A stretch of 7,212 nucleotides of DNA from Chlorokybus atmophyticus (GCA_009103225.1 RHPI01002112.1:145908-153119); one strand, 5' to 3'. Positions 1 through 6,427 are shown, counted from the first letter of the stretch. Program-made: numbers and translations. The notes: a model not told the origin generated them from the letters alone.

Positions 1-50
1 ATTGGGGTAAACGGGTGGAGCACACCACATGTATCCTGTTATTTTTATAC

Positions 51-1929
51 CTCGAGTACAGTCAAACCTCTCTCCAGCACACTGCTGGTGTTGGACATTG
101 CTGAGGGACGATATTGCATACATTTTGTATATGATGATTAGGTGATACAGATGCAAAGCATGCACATACACAGCATGCACGCGAGCACAGGCTTAAGCAT
201 AAGCCAGACCAAAAATGGCGAAAGCTGAAGCAGAGGCAAATTTGATCGATTGGTTGTAGTTAAGTGGATGAGGTGGGCAAGTGAGCAGAAGGAGCTTAGG
301 CGATAAGATGAGGTAGCAAGCAACAGGCAAGCATTCAAATTGCCTGATGCAATGCTTCTAATTGATGGTGGTAGCAATAGCACGCCATATAGCGCCATCA
401 CATAATATTGCACTACAATCCGACATTATGTTCAAGTCATTCATCATCTATTGTATGTTGGATTTCTTACATTGTGTTTATCAAGCCAGTGATTGGCTGT
501 AGGGACCGGTATTGGAACGTTGAGTAGCAGCAAGCGTGTAGTTCACCGGTTGTCATTAATGAATTGTTGCATGTCACTCGGGCTCAGAGCATTTGAGATT
601 GACATGTCCTCCACACATGCTTCGCCTTGTGCTTTGCGGCGCAAAGCACACGGCCTGGCTAGAACCTTTGCATTGTCATTGATGAGCGAGAGAGGGCCAG
701 CGCTCCGCAACATGCAACGCCAACTCGTTATGCATAGCTTAACCTGTGACGTTTTCACACTGACTTGCTTGCTGGTCGGCTTGGCAAACATATGCACAAG
801 CATAAGGACTTACAATATCTTATAGATGAAACTCTCACTAGCTACCATCGCTGCAGCACCTCGCATGAGAGTTATCGCACCAGAGGAAGGAGAGGACGCC
901 CACCTCAGGGACATCTTTCCACGCCAAGTACTCACACCAGGGAAGGAGATTTTTTCGGAGGATAACCACACGCCCCTCAGCTCAGCTCCAGGCACATACC
1001 GTGTGTGGCACACATGCACTCAAGGTGGCGCACACATACACTAGCACACCCCACAAGGGATGAGAGGGAGAGCCCCTTCATCATCTAACAAGCCAGTCAC
1101 CCCACGCACAAGTGACCCTCACGCAAGGTCAACACACACACAGTAGTTGATTGATCCCCATACAAGGTTGCAACTTAGCTTTGTGTGACCATGTATCGCT
1201 CCCCGACTTGGCACACGATGTCCAAGGCCAACAAGGCCTTGTTATTGTGCGCTGACACACAAACTCCACCTCGGGAGTATTACCGTAGGGACCAAAAGTT
1301 TACATAACAATATTAATTCAAAAACGCTCTTAAACGTAATGTATACTGGGGAGCAGTAGCAATATGACGAACCGTCAGATATACGACGCGAAGGAGCCGC
1401 GGGCTTTGCGCCGGTTGGTCAATAGAATGCCTTGAAGTAGGGTTAGAACAAGCAAAAAGTCGCTTCGCGCGCAACGAAACAGTTGAAACAAGCCATGTGG
1501 CGGCATACGAAGCCAAAACTTAATAAGATTTTCCGTAAAACATACGAAAAGGTCTAGGCACTACAGCACCAAGTAAGGCCTACTACCTAGGAAACATTAA
1601 CTTAGACATAAGGTACTGTTCCTAGGCTAACAAGTCCAACACTCGACTTGCCCCATTACAGGACATCAACCTGTGGTCAATCGGAGTGTCCAACATAGGA
1701 TAGTACAGCATGCCATTGGCAGCTTACTGCTGCTTGTAGCAACCACACAATGGCAAACATCGTCAATCGCACGTTAATTGCCTGTAGCAGCTCTCAACTG
1801 CTTCAGAAGCACCATAGCTATGAAGCCATAGATGGCAAGGTTTGCCACAACACGGTGACACAAGGCTCACATAGCCATTGTAGACATTGATAAGCTCTGT
1901 GCTAGCCCTCATCAATGCCTTGTGTAGTA
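51..1929 (-). other. Possible second spliced minus-strand gene or gene remnant, product unknown
   Basis: Several CAG..GT-bounded open segments: 1929-1871, 1781-1728, 850-814 and 100-51, plus a GTGAGT donor at 935. No family recognised. Confidence 0.3.
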
Positions 1930-2190
1930 CTGTGTTCATGTATTCATGCACACATTCATGTGAGTTTGCACAGCGCCGCGTGACACAAGTATTGCAGCTA
2001 TTACTAATTGTTGGGGGCTATGCATGCATAGCTTGGCTGATGGAGAGTAGACACATAGCCTGTCAGTAGTAGATGTAGATGGTATGGTGTTGGTGTATTT
2101 GATGATGGTGTGCATGTATGTGGAGCAATCAGCAACAAAGTGCGCATGTCAACATTGCTTGCGCCAGCATGTCTCATGGAGCACCCCGTA

Positions 2191-2208
2191 CACACACACA
2201 CACACACA
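2191..2208. repeat. (CA)9 microsatellite
   Basis: Read directly from the sequence. Confidence 0.95.
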
Positions 2209-2245
2209 TACAAACCATTGATCCAATACTATCATGACGATCCAA

Positions 2246-2250
2246 TTACA
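2246..2250 (-). terminator. Candidate UGUAA polyadenylation signal of the BAHD gene
   Basis: TGTAA on the minus strand ~150 nt after the stop, with a second copy at 2382-2378. UGUAA is the established chlorophyte poly(A) signal; host taxon is inferred. Confidence 0.4.
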
Positions 2251-2401
2251 TATTGTAATTGTTATACTTCATGATAAAGTTGGACTACCGTGCCTTATAG
2301 ATTGGTAGTACCAATCTTACGAAGCCATCTACCTACAGAGAATGTCGGTGAGCTATGTGTCGTTGGCATTGTCAAGATTACAAGAACCGTACGTGCGGTG
2401 C

Positions 2402-2572
2402 CTATATGGTCATGACCAGGTCATCTTTGACGTTCTCAACATGCGGTTGTTTCATGATACTCTGCACGTACAGCCCGTCTCCGTCCAGCGCTTTCAGTAT
2501 GAAACCCACGCTGTTGCCGTAGAAGTTGCACGTGGCGACAAAACCTTTCGGTGGACCCTCCCCGAAGCCAAC
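2402..2572 (-). CDS. BAHD terminal exon 10 (VGFGEGPPKGFVATCNFYGNSVGFILKALDGDGLYVQSIMKQPHVENVKDDLVMTI*)
   Basis: Acceptor attggcAG (2574-2573), phase 0. Contains a DFGWG-like GFGEG, a DGDGLYV segment like the BAHD C-terminal dggi.v strand, and stop TAG. Confidence 0.85.
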   Translation of the reverse strand, partial: VGFGEGPPKGFVATCNFYGNSVGFILKALDGDGLYVQSIMKQPHVENVKDDLVMTI

Positions 2573-5500
2573 CTGCCAATGCGTGTATATATGTGAAGCA
2601 CATGGCCACACACGTGAGAAGGGCTCAACCAGCATCATGTGGGGCCACGCATAAGATGCTCACAATACATCAAGGCACCACAAGTGTACAGGGCCCACAT
2701 GTTGGGTTTACCTTGTCCAGATCGTAACTGGACCAGTTGGTGGTGCTGCCAGCGCCAGGAGGCATATGCATGGCAAATACGTGTGCGTGTGCGTGTGCGT
2801 GTGCGTGTACACTTCTACCATTCTTGCCAAATGCAGTTGCCAAGCAAGAGTTGCACTTGCTGCTGCTGAGACAGCATGTGTGTCTCACTCACCTCGGGTA
2901 CAGCCACCCATGCTTCCTGCGTGTGCATCGCCTTGGACAGAAGCTGGCAGATCGCTTGCGCGACGCGGTTGCAATTCTGTTTGACAGCTTTGCGTATTGC
3001 GCACGCCACGCGAGCCAACCGATCCACGTAGTAGATATCGTCTTGTTGTTTGTTGGCATCCTCTCCCTCTCCCTCAGAATTGTCGCACGGGACGGGGCCG
3101 GCGGTAACAAGTAATAAAGCCCACGACGTTGCCGACGTAACCCTTTGGCACGATGTCGGGCCAACCGTTCAGCACAACGTTCAAGTAGAAAGCGAACACG
3201 GAGCCTACGAAGACCAGGAGGGATGCGTCCTTGAAAGACTGTGTATGTGCGTGTGTGCGCGCATGTGAATGTGTGAGAATGTGTGTGTGGGCGTGCCCCC
3301 GTGTGCATGCACATGTGTCTCTGCATGTGTGCATGTGCGTCTGCGTCCTTGTGCACATTGTGCAGGTGTGTGTATGTGTACGAATGTATGTGGGGAAACC
3401 GGCGTAGTGACGAACCGGATGTGTGTGTACACCTCAACCACTCACCTTGATTGTTTTTGTCTCCTGGAAGCGGCCATCCGTACATTCTGGATCGCACAAG
3501 CCACACGAACCCCGCAATCAAGTCGTTGCTCAACACGAACTCGCACCCGTACTTGGCCACCTGGCCATTCACTGCGACCTTCCACTCATCGAATGGCACC
3601 GCACAGGCAGGTGTGATAGGCAGCCAAGAACAAGAAGGTATGCTCAACTCCTCCTCCTCTTGTCACCTGCTTTTTGGGCACATGGATGCACTCCCAGTTG
3701 TACGCCGTGGCCTCTGGGCACCCCTTTGTTCCCTCTATGTGCCACGGCCAGTAAACCTTCCTCACATCCTGCGCGGCTGCACCCTCCCCAAGTCTCTCTC
3801 TATACACCTTAACCTGCACACATGGAGCAGAGACACAACATTACATTACACAACAACACAACTAGACTCGTGACTACCTTCAGGAGGATTGCTTTGCCTG
3901 TGCTTCGATTGCGGAGCTGAGCTGCTGAACAGTCTTCTCGACAACTGATCTGAGCTCGGGAGGCAGCTTGCTGAGTAGAGTCTCTGACTGAAGATGAGAG
4001 CGGTCCTGGTAGAGACCTGGCTGGATGCTGCCGCCTAACAGAGCAGCAACGCATATGTATTTGTTAGGCAGGAGCAAGGGTGGTATCATACAAGGCCATA
4101 TGGCATACCTCCATACACACACGCGTGTGCACAAGCGTTTACATGTTGACGTACTGGCTTGCGCATGCGCATGCGCATGCATGTGCACACATGCGCGTGT
4201 ACACATATATATGCATGCACGCGCACACACAGAAGCACAGACCCGCACACGCTCCTGCGTACACACATACACACACACACACACACACACAATGGACAGC
4301 GTAGACAACTGACACGATCAGTTGTCAACTCCAACCTGTAAATATGGTGGAGAGGTCCTGCAGCATCTGGAATGTGCGTCCCGCGTCCGCGATGCTGTGG
4401 CTGACGTTGATCCCGAAGACCGAGCCTCCATCTCCCAAGTGAGTGAGGCTGAACTTCACCACGGGCTCGTTGCCCTTGTAACACTCCGCGACCTGAGACA
4501 AAACGATCGACGTGTGTGGAACTTTGTGTCTAGATATGCGTGTAGGTACGTGTGTGTATGTGCGTGCGTGCGTGTATGGGTATGTGGGTCGATGTGCGCG
4601 TGCACGTGCGCACGCCTCCATGCGTGCGCATGCGCGTACGCGTGCATGTGTGCCTATGTGCATGTGTGTTTCGCACATGTGTGCATAATTTCAGTGCATG
4701 CGTATGCGCGCATGTGTTAACGAGCCAACACCATGCACACACCCCGTTCAACCTCTCACATTTATGTACTTCAACAATGGGCATTCAGGCGCGACGTCGC
4801 CCGGCAGTTTCCCCTGGATGTCGCGCATGCACACGGCGACGGGGAAGCTACCGACATTCCCACTCGGCCAGCGGTTCATGCTCAGCGGGAAGCCCTCGTT
4901 GCTTGTGACAATGCGAAGCCTGCCGGTCTCACCCTCTTTGATTCTAAGCGTGAGGTTGTGTGTGAGTGTTTCATCAGTAGGAATAAGAGGAAAGCAACAG
5001 AGAGTGCTTTGCAGGCGATTTGCTTTGCTTGCCTTCCAGTCAGAATGGGGTTCGGCCCATGTCTTCAACGCAGTGAGGATGTTCTGCTCGTCTATGTTGT
5101 ACTCGAACACCAACAGCCATCCTGTAACAAGAGGCTTACACGAACCGACGATTGGAGGAATGCAAGGCAAGGTTACTTACATAAGATCAAGGTATGCATG
5201 TGCAAGTGAAACACTGGGTACCTGAACAAGTGACATGCTGGATGGCTACACAAACTGTAATTGATCTTGTACATCAATGCATGAGCCAATCAACGAGTAA
5301 GTAGGCCGGCCTGTTCATCGAGTATGTAAACTACAATGATGTAATGCGTTATCATGTAGTCCCTCAGGTGCTCAGTAATCAATTCATCCAAGCATTCGAG
5401 TGACTGCACTGGATTGACATTTCGAGTAAGACGCACCAGAGTAGCAGTAACACTTTAATCACAACTGTGTAAACACTCAAGCTCCACCCCTTCCCGCACC

Positions 5501-5654
5501 CCCACCCGTCGTGAACATCCGCGGGGAAGTAGTGCACGTCGAAGTCCGTCAGCTCAACCACCACCACCCTCTGCTGTGACCCCTCAGCAGTAGTAGTCAC
5601 GACGTGGTCTGAGACGACCTCCAAGTCGCTGAAGTCCGCGCGGAAGGGGCCCAT
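2402..5654 (-). CDS. Spliced BAHD-family acyltransferase (Transferase, PF02458-like), ~10 exons, roughly 550-590 aa; possibly disrupted
   Basis: Joining minus-strand ORF pieces at splice sites gives BAHD motifs in the expected order: N-terminal EVVSDHVV..VELTDFD, GRLRIVTSNEG, PVVKFSLTHLGDGGSVFGINVSHSIAD (HxxxD), SNDLIAGFVW, PDIVPKGYVGN, LARVACAIRKAV, TNWSSYDL and VGFGEGPP (DFGWG-like), ending at TAG 2402-2404. Family assigned from recalled motifs; no search was run. Confidence 0.85.
2712..2745 (-). CDS. BAHD exon 9 (TTNWSSYDLDK)
   Basis: Acceptor ctggcAG (2747-2746, phase 2) and donor AAG|GTAAAC (2711, phase 0). It matches the xSW..f.ly segment that precedes DFGWG. Confidence 0.75.
2781..2810. 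repeat. (GTGTGC)4 + GTGTAC tandem repeat, intronic
   Basis: Read directly. It lies inside either model of the intron before exon 9. Confidence 0.9.
2819..3204 (-). CDS. BAHD exon 8 (GSVFAFYLNVVLNGWPDIVPKGYVGNVVG / LLVTAGPVPCDNSEGEGED..DRLARVACAIRKAVKQNC..VAVPE..), with internal frame change near 3116-3118
   Basis: Acceptor ccctcctggtcttcgtAG (3206-3205), phase 1. The GYVGN segment and the LARVACAIRKAV segment lie in different frames. Donor is GTGAGT at 2892 (phase 0) or GTAGAA at 2818 (phase 2). Confidence 0.7.
3240..3430. repeat. Degenerate TG-rich purine-pyrimidine tract in intron 7
   Basis: gtgtatgtgcgtgtgtgcgcgcatgtg... low-complexity alternating RY sequence between the donor at 3445 and the acceptor at 3205. 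Confidence 0.85.
3446..3599 (-). CDS. BAHD exon 7 (..FDEWKVAVNGQVAKYGCEFVLSNDLIAGFVWLVRSRMYGWPLPGDKNNQ); 5' boundary uncertain
   Basis: Perfect donor G|GTGAGT at 3445 (phase 1). SNDLIAGFVW resembles the BAHD S.fd.l.a.vW segment. The acceptor is unclear: non-AG at 3600, or in-frame AGs ending 3585, 3579 or 3561. Confidence 0.75.
3667..3813 (-). CDS. BAHD exon 6 (VKVYRERLGEGAAAQDVRKVYWPWHIEGTKGCPEATAYNWECIHVPKKQ)
   Basis: Acceptor tgtgtgcAG (3815-3814), donor CAG|GTGACA (3666), phase 0-0, open frame. Confidence 0.7.
3878..4034 (-). CDS. BAHD exon 5 (GSIQPGLYQDRSHLQSETLLSKLPPELRSVVEKTVQQLSSAIEAQ..); 3' boundary ambiguous
   Basis: Acceptor ctctgttAG (4036-4035) with upstream CTAAC branch-like motif, phase 1. 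It ends either at a GC donor (cag|GCAAAG, 3897) or at AAG|GTAGTC (3877), and the latter needs a +1 nt correction. Confidence 0.7.
4110..4290. repeat. CA-rich RY tract in intron 4, including (AC)11 at 4269-4290 and GCGCAT repeats from 4161
   Basis: Read directly. Confidence 0.9.
4336..4492 (-). CDS. BAHD exon 4, catalytic HxxxD motif (VAECYKGNEPVVKFSLTHLGDGGSVFGINVSHSIADAGRTFQMLQDLSTIFT)
   Basis: Acceptor ttttgtctcAG (4494-4493), phase 0 matching exon 3. Donor GTTGGA at 4335 is phase 1, matching exon 5. Contains HSIAD. Confidence 0.9.
4535..4715. repeat. TG-rich RY tract in intron 3
   Basis: Read directly. Opposite strand polarity to the intron 4 tract. Confidence 0.85.
4760..5121 (-). CDS. 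BAHD exon 3 (WLLVFEYNIDEQNILTALK...GRLRIVTSNEG...LLKYIN)
   Basis: Acceptor ttgttacAG (5123-5122), open frame of ORF 4748..5170, donor GTGAGA at 4759 (phase 0), and a GRL..xxxEG motif typical of BAHDs. Confidence 0.8.
5181..5221 (-). CDS. Putative 41-nt BAHD mini-exon 2 (YPVFHLHMHTLIL)
   Basis: Acceptor cttgttcAG (5223-5222) and perfect donor GTAAGT (5180). Its 41 nt convert phase 2 to the phase 1 that exon 3 needs, but the junction codon becomes T+GA. Confidence 0.5.
5500..5654 (-). CDS. BAHD exon 1 (MGPFRADFSDLEVVSDHVVTTTAEGSQQRVVVVELTDFDVHYFPADVHDG..)
   Basis: ATG at 5654-5652 in context gagATGG. The peptide resembles a BAHD N-terminus (LTDFD similar to LSxLD). Candidate donors are GTGCGG at 5499 and GTGGGG at 5505, both phase 2. 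Confidence 0.75.
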
Positions 5655-5660
5655 CTCGCT

Positions 5661-5678
5661 GGAGGAGGAGGAGGAGGA
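5661..5678. repeat. (GGA)6 trinucleotide repeat just upstream of the BAHD ATG
   Basis: Read directly. It is (TCC)6 on the transcript and would encode poly-Ser if translated in frame. Confidence 0.9.
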
Positions 5679-5899
5679 GGTGAAGGGGTTGGCGTGTGGG
5701 TAGGCCTAACCAGCCCTTAGTTGCAGTTGCGAGCGTGGGATGCTGCGTTGATCACGTCCGTGTCTGCGGCAGAACCAGTGTTGGGTTGCGCCCCGATGCA
5801 GCTGAAGAAAATCATGCACCGGAGAGAGGAAAACTTGCTCCTCCAACTTACAAGCAGCAAATACACGCGCATGCACACGCACACAGCGCTCGGTGACTC

Positions 5900-6040
5900 A
5901 GCCACGGAATGAGGATCCCATATTATTATATCGCATATTGTCCCTTATTGTTAGAAAGGCCGCCGCAGCCGCCACCTGCCTGGCGCTCAGTGACGCAGCC
6001 ACGGTCACACGAGACCTGGCTGGGGGCTGACTAAGCCACG
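5900..6040 (-). promoter_or_regulatory. Probable promoter/TSS region of the BAHD gene
   Basis: GC/CpG-rich patch (5958-6040) at the edge of AT-rich intergenic DNA, upstream of the first exon, with an AT-rich ATATTATTATAT at ~5920-5931. Positional inference only. Confidence 0.3.
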
Positions 6041-6413
6041 GTAGCAGAATACACTATACACACAGTGTATTTAATGTAATACACAGTATGTATGACCTCG
6101 TGCTTAGTGACATGTTTGTATCTTGCATTTTATGTCCTATAAGAAGAGTGTAAGACACAGTGTGTAGTGCTGTGTCATGCTGCGACGTGTATTTTACGTA
6201 CCGTGTTAACTCATTTCAGAGGATATATTGATTTCGTCTATAATGCGACGTTTATGCAATAAAAATAAATGATGTTAAAGTTCTCTATTGCGAGGTCTTG
6301 CGCTTTAAATGTAAAGATTTTTGAATGGTAAGGATCCCTATTAAACAAAATACAATTTTTATACGGCGACATATTTCACAAGAGGCTCAGAGGTCTTTAA
6401 CGGAGAGGTTATA

Positions 6414-6427
6414 ATATATATATATAT
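6414..6427. repeat. (AT)7 microsatellite
   Basis: Read directly. Confidence 0.9.

Noticed and set aside
57-80. TA+CAGTCAAACCTCTC.. resembling a pogo/Tigger terminal inverted repeat
   Set aside because: No matching reverse-complement TIR in the window; the best is a partial GGAGAGGTT about 6.3 kb away. No transposase is visible, and the segment also reads as an open candidate exon on the minus strand.
826-1044. Plus-strand 72-aa ORF MKLSLATIAAAPRMRVIAPEEGEDAHLRD..
   Set aside because: It is short with no recognisable family and overlaps stronger minus-strand splice signals. It is not excluded, but cannot be supported as a feature.
4440-4560. NRPS condensation domain as an alternative identity for the HxxxD gene
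   Set aside because: The motif is SHSIAD rather than HHxxxDG. The GYVGN and GFGEG segments fit BAHD, and no adenylation or carrier domain is present.
2639-4908. Many ORFs rich in VCVC, HAHA, THTH or CACAC (e.g. 2766..2984, 3269..3616, 4025..4312, 4322..4720, 4552..4908)
   Set aside because: They are translations of intronic CA/TG repeats or antisense shadows of BAHD exons, not metal-binding His/Cys proteins.
3880-5181. In-frame TGAs as selenocysteine or an alternative genetic code
   Set aside because: The TGA at 3882-3880 is out of phase with the next splice junction even if read through. The junction TGA is not at a redox-Cys-like position, BAHDs are not known selenoproteins, and I could not identify a SECIS.
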